DNA from: a virus | UHGV virus genome: UHGV-0183426 | DNA: 53,584 nucleotides | Reading direction: 5' to 3' (one strand) | Part shown: positions 1 through 9,845 of the stretch, in pieces | How positions within the stretch are numbered: the stretch's first letter is position 1 | Layout of the letters: every line of letters starts with the position of its first letter | The notes under the pieces: generated by a model | Databases searched by the model: none | What the model was told of the DNA's origin: nothing | The model's input: only the letters and a program-made list of their open reading frames with translations | Program-made: the position numbers and the translations under genes

Positions 1-109
1 CCCTTCCAGGCGTTGACACCAATAGTCATTGTAAATCCTGTATTCTTCCACCTTCTTTCCCGCCCGGATGGCGTAAAAGTATTCTCCTTTCAGGTTTAAA
101 TGTAGATCT

Positions 110-391
110 TTACTTGCCATCACCATGATCCTGTAAACAGTCGTTATAGCCTTCGATGTATCCGGTTAATCCTGTATTACTTACTGACCATTCAGCCGAA
201 CGGCGCTTGATGGCTTCGTCCATCGTGATTTCTCCGCCTGGCCTGCCTGGTTCAATATATTTTCTTAAATCCCTTGCTATCCACGCCCTTAATTGTTGCG
301 TATCACGACACAACCGCGCAGATAATGTCAGGTCATTAACCAGCTTTGCAAATAGATGTTCTTTTAATTTAGGCTTCATCATCGTCACCAC
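110..391 (-). CDS. hypothetical protein (93 aa), downstream of Q
   Basis: ORF track; no recognisable motif. Confidence 0.4.
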   Translation of the reverse strand: MVTMMKPKLKEHLFAKLVNDLTLSARLCRDTQQLRAWIARDLRKYIEPGRPGGEITMDEAIKRRSAEWSVSNTGLTGYIEGYNDCLQDHGDGK

Positions 392-569
392 GCTTGTAAA
401 TTTTTACAGGATTAATAGGGATGGCTGGCAATTCGCCTTCATTTAACGCGCTTGCCATACCCAATATTAAACGCGCTTCCGCGCCAGTGACTTTCTTACA
501 CCATGCGCCGCCTGTTTTATCTTCAAATAAGATAACGGCAAACTGATCGTTTATTTCCAGCTTATCCAT
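369..569 (-). CDS. hypothetical protein (66 aa)
   Basis: ORF track; start abuts Q stop. Confidence 0.4.
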   Translation of the reverse strand: MDKLEINDQFAVILFEDKTGGAWCKKVTGAEARLILGMASALNEGELPAIPINPVKIYKRGDDDEA

Positions 570-1291
570 TATTCACCCCGCGTCACTCGCTTAATTTCGT
601 TGTCAGCCCGCACCTCTTCTTTGAACAATTCAGCAATGGCGTCTTCATAGAAAGCCCGGTATTTCTTCCACCATGTTGATCGGCTTACCGGGAAAACAAG
701 CTGATTAACCGCCTGCCGGACAAGATCTACAGGGAAACGCGAGTACCCGCGCCCGCCGCAATGCTGGCACGTTTTGAACACTGGCATTTCCGCCGCTTCA
801 CTGGCTGCTTTATCCGGTACTTCGCCACGGCCCTTGCATTGTTTACAATGATTGCGAACTGTCCCATGCCCCTTGCATTTTTTGCAAAGGTGTTTTTCAC
901 CGTATTCGTCAAACGTAAATTTATATCCGCCGCACTCCATGCAAGTTTTTTCCGTCGCGGCGCTCTGGCAATAATCCCGAAACGCGAAAACGGCAATAAG
1001 AATAATGAGATCATTGCGTTTGGCCTCGTCCAGTTCCATAACGTATTCATAGTCTTTTGCCATAGCCCTTAAACGTTCTATAAGCAAAACTACGGCCTTA
1101 TGTTTTTCGGCTTGTGATAGTTCCATCTTCCCTAAAAAAGCGCTGTAACCAAGCTCTACGCGCGATTGCGCCATACCTGCGGCAGTTAGTGCATCCGTAG
1201 TATTAAGCGCATCAGGGGACGTGCCCCGGCTTTCATCTGACAAACGAGGTGATTTTGGGAAGTGGAATTTAAGAATTGATTCCAGATTCAT
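569..1291 (-). CDS. Q: late-gene antitermination protein Q-like
   Basis: 240 aa; N-terminus MNLESILK... and paired CxxC motifs resemble Q of lambdoid prophages as I recall them; sits directly after rusA/ninG. Confidence 0.65.
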   Translation of the reverse strand: MNLESILKFHFPKSPRLSDESRGTSPDALNTTDALTAAGMAQSRVELGYSAFLGKMELSQAEKHKAVVLLIERLRAMAKDYEYVMELDEAKRNDLIILIAVFAFRDYCQSAATEKTCMECGGYKFTFDEYGEKHLCKKCKGHGTVRNHCKQCKGRGEVPDKAASEAAEMPVFKTCQHCGGRGYSRFPVDLVRQAVNQLVFPVSRSTWWKKYRAFYEDAIAELFKEEVRADNEIKRVTRGE

Positions 1292-1473
1292 TATTTGCCC
1301 CCGTAACGCGCAACCAGTCTTTTGCGATCAGATATTGCCTGCACCAACTTTCGTTCAAGCTCTTTAAGCGCAAGCAATTCTCGCATGTGGAAAGCCTGTA
1401 TTTGTCGCACGGTTTCTAAATCATGCTCATCGCGCTGAATATCTATTTGCAGATCTTTAATTTCGTTTTTCAT
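1291..1473 (-). CDS. hypothetical protein (60 aa)
   Basis: ORF track; coupled to neighbours. Confidence 0.35.
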   Translation of the reverse strand: MKNEIKDLQIDIQRDEHDLETVRQIQAFHMRELLALKELERKLVQAISDRKRLVARYGGK

Positions 1474-1706
1474 TGTTCTACCACCTTAAACCTAGTTTTA
1501 AAATTACCCTGCAAGAAATACTCGTTTTTTGATGGGAAATACTGGACTAATCGCCATGCGTCTGCTTCGTCGAAATCAGATACAAGATCATCTTGTAAAA
1601 TGAAGGCAAAGCATCCATGCTTTATAAAACCTGAATATTTTTTACCTTCAGTGAAAAAATCGACGCTTGATTGAGTACATTTAACAACAATGTTTATTAG
1701 CTCCAT
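1470..1706 (-). CDS. hypothetical protein (78 aa)
   Basis: ORF track. Confidence 0.35.
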   Translation of the reverse strand: MELINIVVKCTQSSVDFFTEGKKYSGFIKHGCFAFILQDDLVSDFDEADAWRLVQYFPSKNEYFLQGNFKTRFKVVEQ

Positions 1707-2109
1707 TGTCGCCCCACATATCAGTTAAGTATTCATTAATATCCGGCAACATGTCGTTGCGTTCTCGTACCTTGATAAATAAGAGTCCGCCTTTTACCTT
1801 CCGGCAACGAACAAACTTCATTGCGGCAACCTGGCTGTCATCGGCCCAAAAGCCGGAATAGGTTATAGCGTCAAATAACGCTTTCCCTATATTATCTATA
1901 TCGCGTCTTCTGTTGTCTGGCGGCGCAATATAAACCGTTATCGATAACCTGCACTTTAGATTTATATCAAGATTAAAACGCCTTATAACCTCCCTCACCC
2001 ATTCCCTGTATTTCTTCCCCTCCTTGCTTATATAGTTAACCCCTCTTGCGTGGCGGTAATATCTGTTACATGATGGCGGGTAAGGCAGGATAAATGTATA
2101 TTCGTTCAT
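1681..2109 (-). CDS. rusA: Holliday junction resolvase RusA
   Basis: 142 aa; LPYPPSCNRYYR signature typical of RusA. Confidence 0.85.
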   Translation of the reverse strand: MNEYTFILPYPPSCNRYYRHARGVNYISKEGKKYREWVREVIRRFNLDINLKCRLSITVYIAPPDNRRRDIDNIGKALFDAITYSGFWADDSQVAAMKFVRCRKVKGGLLFIKVRERNDMLPDINEYLTDMWGDNGANKHCC

Positions 2110-2711
2110 GCTGCCTTTCTCCTTAAGGCGTCTAATTTAGACTGATAGACTTTTATGATTTCCTTACATTCTTCTATCGTCCATTTGTGAGTTTCGTTGT
2201 TGTTCTCCAGCGCCACCACCCTGGCGAGGCCAATTTTTCGAATCAGCGCCGGGCGATACCCTCCGATGTTGCCATCTAATGTCTGGTTGCAGTGCCTGCA
2301 TTGTTTATGAACGTTATCTTCATTGAAGCGAAGGTGTCCGGCGGCGGCTACAGTCCTATAATGGCCCGCATCGTATCCGCATTGCTCACCGTAATAAGTC
2401 CCGCAGGATATACACGGCAAACGCGCATCACGTTCGCGGATATAGGCATTAAATACCGCTTGCGCCTGTTTCAGCCAGTAGCTACGCGGATTTAACTGCT
2501 TACGCTTCCGGTTGCGTTCTTCCCGCTGGCTGTTGCGGCGTTTCTTCCGTTCCATCGCCTTCATAGCCTTTTCACGGTCGCGGCATAGCTGGTCAAACTT
2601 CAGTTCTTCCAGACATTCATCGCTGCACCACGTTTGATTATGATATTTAGGCTCAAAAAAAACGCCGCAGCACTTGCAACGGCGTCTTATGGGTTTTTTA
2701 GGGTTTTGCAT
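2106..2711 (-). CDS. ninG: NinG/Rap recombination protein
   Basis: 201 aa; Cys clusters and PRSYWLKQAQ...LPCISCG...DAGHYR...LRFNE...HKQC...WTIEECK match lambda NinG as recalled. Confidence 0.85.
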   Translation of the reverse strand: MQNPKKPIRRRCKCCGVFFEPKYHNQTWCSDECLEELKFDQLCRDREKAMKAMERKKRRNSQREERNRKRKQLNPRSYWLKQAQAVFNAYIRERDARLPCISCGTYYGEQCGYDAGHYRTVAAAGHLRFNEDNVHKQCRHCNQTLDGNIGGYRPALIRKIGLARVVALENNNETHKWTIEECKEIIKVYQSKLDALRRKAA

Positions 2712-3060
2712 AAAACCACCCCGATTATTTTTGATTCTCTGTTTCGTTCAGCCTTTCGGCGTGTCCGGCCCTTAGCCAATGTTCTAAGCATTCGTTGCAC
2801 TCGTTACAGCCTCCTTTCTTCGTGCTGCATACATTGCACATTGCACGCATAACGCTTTCTCGTTCATAGTCGTCATGCCATTGGTAATTATCAAAAGGCA
2901 TAATGCTCTCTCCTTTTCAGGTGATTTCTACGCATTTCAGCGCTGCCGGATTTTTAAAGAGCATTTTGTTTGCTTGAAGTATACAAAATGGATACGTGCT
3001 AACAAAGTGTAAAGCGCCATTATGTGACATTCATCACACAATGACGCCATTTTGTAAACT

Positions 3061-3824
3061 TCAGTCCGGCAAAACGCGGTTGAGCGTAGTACGATTGATG
3101 GCCCGGTCGTTAGCTAGGAATACAGCACGGGCGAAGCCACGCGGCGTTAGTGAGCGGATCATCTTTGTTCGCTTTGATTTTCCGCCTAACTTCGCGTGCT
3201 GCTTACTGTCTTCCCATTCATCTGGCATCGGCACAGGACGGAATAGCGGCTGCTTAAATCCATTCCCGCACCAAATACAAGTTTTCTTCGTGTAGGCATC
3301 GCGGTCGGCAATGTATTCCGGGAAAGCAGGATGTTTGTCATCTTCAGGCAGGTAGCCACCGTAAACGCAAGGATTGAAGATAAAATCCGGTTTACGCCAT
3401 AACGTTGACAGTGCGCCAACTGGATTTTCCACCATCCACGGCACGTTATACATATTCGCCAGTTTTTCTACAATTTTTGCGTTATACGCCGCCTTTACCT
3501 GGAAGCCAGGATCTTTTTTCCGTTTATCAGCGAACCAACGAGCGCCTGATACGGCAAGATCATCACACGGAGGAAAGCCCAAGATAATGTCAGGATCTGG
3601 ATAAACAGACAATTCAGGGGAGAACATTACCAGGAAATGGCTGTCAATCCATACGTTAACATATTCAATATTTGGATGAATTATTTTTACCCCGTCATAA
3701 TCCCCGTGATTAGCGCCGTCATAGTTGAAGCAATAGCATTTATACCAGCTTCCGCCCAATCTTTAACGGCGTACCCGCTTCCGTCGTACAGCGACCAGAT
3801 AACCCAATTTCTAAGCCCGCTCAT
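3061..3824 (-). pseudogene. C5-cytosine DNA methyltransferase-like gene split between two frames
   Basis: Small ORF 3687..3824 encodes a motif-I-like N-terminus (VIWSLYDGSGYAVKDWAEAG); ORF 3061..3759 in another frame carries motif IV-like GFPPCDD, motif VI-like VENPVG and motif IX/X-like RSLTPRGFARAVF; no target-recognition domain. Confidence 0.5.
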
Positions 3825-4366
3825 TTTCTACCCTCAAACGTGAAATAGCGGCGCATGATGATAGTAATCACCGTTACCGCTGCCATTTTTGAGATGAATT
3901 GAATAGCTGATATTTCCGGCATAAATGCCATAAACGATAGCGTGGGAAAAATTAACGCATCGCCAATGGCGGACGCTATATTTGCAGGCCAGCGTTTGGA
4001 ATCGAAATCACCAGGTAGAACCCGGTAAACGCCGCCAGAAATAAGCGCACCGGAAACAACCGCGACGAATGACGCGATCGCCACCATTCCGGCGTCGTAA
4101 TTTATCAGCACCGTGATTGCGCCAGCGGCGGCGCATGTTGTAGCCGACCATTTCAGGCCGCCGTCATATAACAGAAGGTCACGGATCATCATATTGACAC
4201 ACACTGCGGCTACCGTGGTGATCGGAATCACCCACGGGCCGCAATGGTTAACAATAAGATTGATAATCACGAAAACGGCGACATAAACGCAGGCTAATAA
4301 CCTGTCAATTGTCACCCTTTCCATTTGGATCGTACCTCTTATCATGAATACATTCCGATCTGTCAA
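3821..4366 (-). CDS. integral membrane protein (speculatively YhhQ/VUT-like transporter)
   Basis: 181 aa, several hydrophobic segments; WPANIASAIGDALIFPTLSF loosely resembles a YhhQ motif; true start probably an internal Met near 4321. Confidence 0.45.
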   Translation of the reverse strand: MTDRNVFMIRGTIQMERVTIDRLLACVYVAVFVIINLIVNHCGPWVIPITTVAAVCVNMMIRDLLLYDGGLKWSATTCAAAGAITVLINYDAGMVAIASFVAVVSGALISGGVYRVLPGDFDSKRWPANIASAIGDALIFPTLSFMAFMPEISAIQFISKMAAVTVITIIMRRYFTFEGRK

Positions 4367-4817
4367 ACTTCAAATCAAGCCAATTAGCGACCTCACCGTT
4401 AAACTTCACAGTAGGAATTATTTTCCCAGGAATAATCGACTGGTCAGGCACTGAAATATCAGAGTAAAGTTTTATCCCTCCGCTGATAGGGAGATCAAAA
4501 ACAGCCTGTTTCTTTCTTTGTTCTTCCTCACGTTCCGTTAATATTTGCTCAGCTTTTAGCGCGTTATAGCTAATTAAATCAATTAGTGTGTCTGTCGGAT
4601 CGCTGTTATTGCTCAAAATGGCTTCTAAACGCGCCTCCTTGAGACAAATTAGCAGATCCCATACATCAAGCGGTGTTAAATTTGCTCCCTTCTTAGCGTT
4701 GTAAATAGTTGCTATTTTTGGCGCTGATTTTTCCTCTTTTTTGTCGTATCCGTTTTGCTTACCTCTTTGCTCTATGGTTTCTGCTGCAAGTCTTAATAAA
4801 TCTGCTGCCTTAGTCAT
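4305..4817 (-). CDS. hypothetical protein (170 aa)
   Basis: ORF track; between dam and membrane protein. Confidence 0.45.
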   Translation of the reverse strand: MTKAADLLRLAAETIEQRGKQNGYDKKEEKSAPKIATIYNAKKGANLTPLDVWDLLICLKEARLEAILSNNSDPTDTLIDLISYNALKAEQILTEREEEQRKKQAVFDLPISGGIKLYSDISVPDQSIIPGKIIPTVKFNGEVANWLDLKFDRSECIHDKRYDPNGKGDN

Positions 4818-5349
4818 TATTTTCGCCTCTCGCGTATAGCTCTTTACGTGTTATCTGCGTGAAAATACATTCATGTCTGCACCGTGGATGCCAGATCAAG
4901 AACAAGCTCCCTTTATTGTTTCCGCTTGCTGGCTTACCAGTAGCGGCATTAATAAATGCCAGCCTCCCGCGCGTTATTAATCGGCATTCGTTTGCCGTCT
5001 CCACGCCGTTCATAAACCAGCTAACAGAAATGTCAGCTGGCAATAACATTACGCATCCGATATGGTTTCTATGGTGTTCAAGCGCCGCCTTATCGACGAA
5101 TGGTCCAGGATTTGAATATGGTGGATTCATCCAGACATACTCACCAGGCATCGCCACCGCTCCCCACGGATAATGTAGCGTGTCCATTTCTTCTGTTATA
5201 TATCGCGGAACTAATGCGTTTTCCTTGTTTGCAGCCACATCCGCGACGAATTCGAATTCACGATCCATACCTCTAAAAACAGGTTTCGGCGTCTGCCATA
5301 GGTCTTTTATTTCTTTCGGCGTGTGGCTGCCGCCGTAATCATTTTTCAT
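4810..5349 (-). CDS. dam: phage-type DNA N6-adenine methyltransferase
   Basis: 179 aa; WQTP...EFVADVAA...WMNPPYS (NPPY catalytic motif) typical of small phage Dam. Confidence 0.8.
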   Translation of the reverse strand: MKNDYGGSHTPKEIKDLWQTPKPVFRGMDREFEFVADVAANKENALVPRYITEEMDTLHYPWGAVAMPGEYVWMNPPYSNPGPFVDKAALEHHRNHIGCVMLLPADISVSWFMNGVETANECRLITRGRLAFINAATGKPASGNNKGSLFLIWHPRCRHECIFTQITRKELYARGENND

Positions 5350-5358
5350 TACGCCCCC

Positions 5359-5592
5359 TTAGAAATAATCCTGATCAGTTCCCCATCGGTTGTTTAAATA
5401 CCCCACCAGCCAGACAAAACGTTCGATACTGATTAGCGGGGCGACCTTGCGATAATGCTTTTCTAATATCAGCCGCGTAGCTTTATCGCTGTAGCCGTTT
5501 TTCTCCACCTCCGCTTTGCAGGCAGAAAGCGCTGCGCGGGCGGCAGCTTTTACGGCGTTAAATTGCGGCTCTGACAGGTTAAATAAAGCCAT
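5359..5592 (-). CDS. hypothetical protein
   Basis: ORF track 5359..5649; start trimmed to internal Met to avoid overlap. Confidence 0.35.
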   Translation of the reverse strand: MALFNLSEPQFNAVKAAARAALSACKAEVEKNGYSDKATRLILEKHYRKVAPLISIERFVWLVGYLNNRWGTDQDYF

Positions 5593-5593
5593 T

Positions 5594-5836
5594 TCATAAA
5601 TAATCAGTAGAATCAGCGAAAAAGAACCCAACAAATACACTAACAGCAATAATGATCCTTAACATATAAAGCGCATCATCAGGTGATGGCATTTCTGGTA
5701 GTTCCCATGTAACAAAAGACACACCGCATAAAATTCCAATAAGAACCGTAGCTATGCATGAGAATACAAAAAAAGAACAAAATAGCCAGCCCATAATGAA
5801 GTCAATAAGTGCACGCATCATTCTAAACGTCCTCAA
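5594..5836 (-). CDS. hypothetical membrane protein (80 aa)
   Basis: two hydrophobic segments. Confidence 0.4.
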   Translation of the reverse strand: MRTFRMMRALIDFIMGWLFCSFFVFSCIATVLIGILCGVSFVTWELPEMPSPDDALYMLRIIIAVSVFVGFFFADSTDYL

Positions 5837-6026
5837 TCACACCGTCTGGCACGCGAAGTTTTATATCAAGTACATGATAATCACACATTTCCTGATAATG
5901 GTGATCCGGCCTGCTGCCGAAATACCATTTACCTTCCATATAAAAATAAACGCCGAAAACATTTCCGGGCGCTGCCTTTGTTGCTGATTCTGGAATCTTC
6001 CATTCCCTATAGTGTTTAAACTTCAT
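5823..6026 (-). CDS. hypothetical protein (67 aa)
   Basis: ORF track. Confidence 0.35.
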   Translation of the reverse strand: MKFKHYREWKIPESATKAAPGNVFGVYFYMEGKWYFGSRPDHHYQEMCDYHVLDIKLRVPDGVIEDV

Positions 6027-6207
6027 ACATTAACACCGCCTTTTTAAGTGCGCTCAATTCAAAGTGCATAAGACAAAAATGCTGTACACCACCAACAATA
6101 CTGACCTGATAAATATCACCAACGCAGTTATAGTAATAACAACCAAATTGACCGATTCCGGCTAATTTAGCGTTATCCGGTATCATGTATTCGCCAACCT
6201 TTTTCAT
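6016..6207 (-). CDS. hypothetical protein (63 aa)
   Basis: ORF track. Confidence 0.35.
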   Translation of the reverse strand: MKKVGEYMIPDNAKLAGIGQFGCYYYNCVGDIYQVSIVGGVQHFCLMHFELSALKKAVLMYEV

Positions 6208-6305
6208 AGATCACCTCATATGGTATTCAATAAACCACCTGATAAACAGGCATAAGGCAATAAAACCCCAGCAACAGCACATATAAAACAATGTATCGTC
6301 CATAA

Positions 6306-6584
6306 TTAAGCCTCAATAACACCGTAATCAAACGTCCCTAAATACCGTTCTATACTTACAACCTCAATACCATCAATGCACCGTTTCCACACAGACACCT
6401 GGCTTTCATTTTCTCTGAAGTGCATATTAGAAAGCACTTCATCGGCTGGATAGCCTTTCCCAGCGACGTAGGCATCGTGACCTACGCCACCTTCTACGCA
6501 ATAAAGCATCAATTCGCGTTCCATTTCGCTTCCTCCGCACCGTAAACCTTTTGATTTTGGCTTACAAAACGGATATGCGATCAC
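6306..6584 (-). CDS. hypothetical protein (92 aa)
   Basis: ORF track. Confidence 0.4.
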   Translation of the reverse strand: MIAYPFCKPKSKGLRCGGSEMERELMLYCVEGGVGHDAYVAGKGYPADEVLSNMHFRENESQVSVWKRCIDGIEVVSIERYLGTFDYGVIEA

Positions 6585-6622
6585 AATACATAATGTATAT
6601 TTATGTAATCGGAATCACTCGG

Positions 6623-7243
6623 TTAATGCAGTACACGTTTTTCCTGTTCAGGCATCGGCTGTGCGTTTTTCCGTGCATCATTAAGCACAGCGATAGCCGC
6701 CTGTACACCGAAATCATTTGCGCGCATATCATTGCCAACCATTTCACAGTAAAACAGCGGCATAAACGCTTTTACTTCTTCTTCTTTGTGGCCTTCCTCA
6801 ATGCATTTCTGCAACATCTTAACTTCAAAGATGTTTTTCATCAGGCCGCGCATAGAATGCAGTGAAACACTACCAAGCTGATCCTTGTTCAACGGGAAAA
6901 TAACAGCACTTCCGAACGCGAGCGGATCAACCTCTTCCGGCACTGGTACGCGTCCATATTCCTCTTCCATTTGTTTTACGAAAGTAAGGCAGAAGACATA
7001 ACGAACTACGGCAGTTTTTTCTTCAGCATTTAAAGACATATAATCGCGGATCGACGCATCCATCACAATATCAACAATCTGTAACGCCAGATTCAAATCA
7101 GCGTCATACTTGCCAGCTTCCATATCTTTCAATACTTCGTGATAATCTTTAATTTCAACTTCATGAAAACTTGCGTCTTCAGTGTAGCGAGTGATTAACA
7201 TGCCTTCGCTGCCGAGTGAATAAGCCGTTTTGATGTCTTTCAT
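6623..7243 (-). CDS. hypothetical protein (206 aa)
   Basis: ORF track; largest unknown early-left gene. Confidence 0.45.
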   Translation of the reverse strand: MKDIKTAYSLGSEGMLITRYTEDASFHEVEIKDYHEVLKDMEAGKYDADLNLALQIVDIVMDASIRDYMSLNAEEKTAVVRYVFCLTFVKQMEEEYGRVPVPEEVDPLAFGSAVIFPLNKDQLGSVSLHSMRGLMKNIFEVKMLQKCIEEGHKEEEVKAFMPLFYCEMVGNDMRANDFGVQAAIAVLNDARKNAQPMPEQEKRVLH

Positions 7244-7256
7244 GATATTTATCCTT

Positions 7257-7589
7257 TTATAGTGGGTGATGCCATTTCATTTCAGTTTCTGAATTAAACG
7301 GGTTTCCTTCGCTTGAAAGGAATAAATCACGCTCCCGTTTCAGTTCTTCCGGGCTTATTTCTATTTCATCAATCTGACCGAACGATCCCGGCATCATTCG
7401 TTTTAAATCAGATAGCGGACGCATAAGGCCGCAGCCGCGTAACAGCATATCAACCGCGAATTGTCTGCGTCCGCCAGCGTCATTGAAGCGCCGCGCCCAG
7501 GGCACAACCACGATCCGGCGTTCGAATTCGATAAATAGTGATAGCTTGTTTGTTTCGCTATCATATGCTTTATGGAATTTAATTTTCAT
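7257..7589 (-). CDS. hypothetical protein (110 aa)
   Basis: ORF track. Confidence 0.45.
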   Translation of the reverse strand: MKIKFHKAYDSETNKLSLFIEFERRIVVVPWARRFNDAGGRRQFAVDMLLRGCGLMRPLSDLKRMMPGSFGQIDEIEISPEELKRERDLFLSSEGNPFNSETEMKWHHPL

Positions 7590-7770
7590 TTAACACCTCG
7601 ACGTATTGCTCAAGATGCCATTTACCAACTTCATCCATGTTTTCGTCGTATATAATGACCTCTCCGCCTTGCCTGAATCTGAAAGCAGTAGCTGTAAATT
7701 CACGGCCCCACCACGCCTTTAAGCGCTCCCCACCTTTCAGGTGTTTAACCTTTACTTCTTTTATAGCCAT
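7579..7770 (-). CDS. hypothetical protein (63 aa)
   Basis: ORF track. Confidence 0.4.
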   Translation of the reverse strand: MAIKEVKVKHLKGGERLKAWWGREFTATAFRFRQGGEVIIYDENMDEVGKWHLEQYVEVLNEN

Positions 7771-8030
7771 ACGCCGAACATCCCATTCAGCCCGGCGAAC
7801 AATTTCCGCCAGTGGTTTTCAGCATAAGCCCGGAACGGCTTAACGCGAACATTTCGGGCCTTCAGTTCAATATTGTCAAAGAAACGCGGCTCTATTATTG
7901 TTCCGTCAAGATATTTAACCAGTAACGGGCGCTGATCGTAGCTCCCCTTATTCAGCACAACCAAGCCAGGGTCATCACGATATTCAGGCAATACGACAAG
8001 ATCACCAGCCTTTGCATCCCACGTTTTCAT
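7761..8030 (-). CDS. hypothetical protein (89 aa)
   Basis: ORF track. Confidence 0.45.
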   Translation of the reverse strand: MKTWDAKAGDLVVLPEYRDDPGLVVLNKGSYDQRPLLVKYLDGTIIEPRFFDNIELKARNVRVKPFRAYAENHWRKLFAGLNGMFGVWL

Positions 8031-8266
8031 TACATCAACCCTCTGAAAATAAAGCTAACAAGCGCAGCAAATGCGCCACAAAACACAACAACAAAAAGGA
8101 AGAAAATAATGCAAAACGCGACCGTCACAATGTCCTTACCGACTTTCATGATTGGCCTCACATGTTAGTAATGAGTTTAATGATCGCTACCGTGATATAA
8201 AGCGACACGCTGAGATACAGCACGCGATAGATAAAGCCGCAAGCAATGCGGCAATTTTTGCAAGAT

Positions 8267-8491
8267 TCATTTGCCACCCTCCGCAATGAACTTATCAAGC
8301 CATTTGTTATTAGCCAGCCGTTCTGCATCTTCGCCGAATGCTTTGCGGTCACTTAATTCCTGGCGAGTAGGGAAAGGCCATTTATCGTGCCACCCCGCAG
8401 ACGTTTCGAACTCGTACAGCCTGCCGCCGAAAGTGATAAGCTCATCAGCGCCGTCAGGAATTTCTCCGTCAACTTCTTTATCTTCGATCAT
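8267..8491 (-). CDS. hypothetical protein (74 aa)
   Basis: ORF track. Confidence 0.4.
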   Translation of the reverse strand: MIEDKEVDGEIPDGADELITFGGRLYEFETSAGWHDKWPFPTRQELSDRKAFGEDAERLANNKWLDKFIAEGGK

Positions 8492-8505
8492 GATTTAATA
8501 CCTCA

Positions 8506-8784
8506 TTAATCGTTAATAACCCGGCCCATACGCCCGCGATATTTGCGCATACGTGGATCGACATATTCAGGCCAGTGCATATCCGGTTTTCTTTGCAGCG
8601 GATAAAAACTTGCCTGCCAGTTGTCGAGCCATATTTGTTTTGCGTACAGGTCACTAAATCTTTTTGCCATCCGTTCCGCTGCCGTTCCGCATAAAAAAAG
8701 CCCATGATCGATTTGATCACGGGCTTCTCTTAGAACTTGCTCTTTTGTTCGCGGTGGCGGTGGCGGTTTTAAATAATCACCCAC
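8506..8784 (-). CDS. hypothetical protein (92 aa)
   Basis: ORF track. Confidence 0.4.
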   Translation of the reverse strand: MGDYLKPPPPPRTKEQVLREARDQIDHGLFLCGTAAERMAKRFSDLYAKQIWLDNWQASFYPLQRKPDMHWPEYVDPRMRKYRGRMGRVIND

Positions 8785-8799
8785 AGCTAACCTATTGAT

Positions 8800-9204
8800 T
8801 TAAAACGGGATGTCGTCATCGAAGTCAGGAGGAACATTATTCCCGTTATTATTCTGCTGCTGCGGCGGCGCTTTCTGCTGCTGGCCTTGCTGGTTAACAG
8901 CCATGAACTCAAACTCATTGACCGCCACTTCTACCGCAGTTCCCTTCGTGCCGTCGTTCCGGTCATATTGCCGAACATCCAGGCGACCGCTTACCACTAT
9001 TTTTCCACCCTTGCGGATATGTGGCGCTAATTTTTCCGCACGCTCACCAAATACCAGGCAAGTGACCCACATTGTCCGCTTATTATCGCCGTAGCCATTC
9101 GTTACAGCTAACGGAAAACTACCAATCGCTTTCCCGTTTTGTGTGTAGCGAACCTCCATATCATTACCGATATTCCCGCCCAGCGTGATTGAATTTAAAC
9201 TCAT
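8800..9204 (-). CDS. ssb: single-stranded DNA-binding protein
   Basis: 134 aa; OB-fold-like N-terminus, Gln/Pro-rich linker, acidic C-terminal tail DFDDDIPF. Confidence 0.9.
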   Translation of the reverse strand: MSLNSITLGGNIGNDMEVRYTQNGKAIGSFPLAVTNGYGDNKRTMWVTCLVFGERAEKLAPHIRKGGKIVVSGRLDVRQYDRNDGTKGTAVEVAVNEFEFMAVNQQGQQQKAPPQQQNNNGNNVPPDFDDDIPF

Positions 9205-9845
9205 TAACCCATCTCCCCGTTAAGCTCTGCTACCCGGATGTCATAAACATCTTTTGCCTTGATTCGATGCTCCGATCCTTCCGGTAGTAATTTCCAGCAT
9301 TTGCCAAATATTTCACGCAGCTTGTTAGCGTCCTGCGCTTTCGCTGCTGCATCACAGAAACGTGCTAATACTTCATCAGGATTTGGCGGCGCTTTCTTCT
9401 GCTGCGGTTGTTGTTTTGGTGGGTTTTTCTGTTGTCGCGGCTGCTGGCCTGTCTGCTTCGCGTAAGCGTCGCTATCCAGATCTTTTGCGTCGTCGATACA
9501 GAACAAGCCGTTTAAACAATATTTGCGAGCATAAGAAGAAGTCGCGCCAGTTAACTGACCAGACGACATGCCTTTTTGTTCTTTTTCCTCGCGGGCGAAA
9601 GCAGTAGCCGTTATTTCATCTTCACCATCGCTCAATATCGCTGTTGCTTTAATGTAATAACGATCACCAATTAACACCACTTCATCATTAAGCGTTAACG
9701 TAATGCCTTCCAATAAAGGCTTAACAGCCTCTAAAATATCCTCCGCCGATCTGTAATTATATCCACCGTATGAATTGCGCTGAGATTTTGGCGCTTTTAA
9801 TTGTTGCTGAATTAGCCACAATTTTTTGTATAAATCTTTCTTCAC
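9204..9845 (-). CDS. erf: ERF-family single-strand annealing recombinase
   Basis: 213 aa; N-terminal region (YRSAEDILEAVKPLL...IGDRYYIKATA...TGATSSYARKYCLNGLF) matches P22 Erf as recalled. Confidence 0.75.
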   Translation of the reverse strand: MKKDLYKKLWLIQQQLKAPKSQRNSYGGYNYRSAEDILEAVKPLLEGITLTLNDEVVLIGDRYYIKATAILSDGEDEITATAFAREEKEQKGMSSGQLTGATSSYARKYCLNGLFCIDDAKDLDSDAYAKQTGQQPRQQKNPPKQQPQQKKAPPNPDEVLARFCDAAAKAQDANKLREIFGKCWKLLPEGSEHRIKAKDVYDIRVAELNGEMG

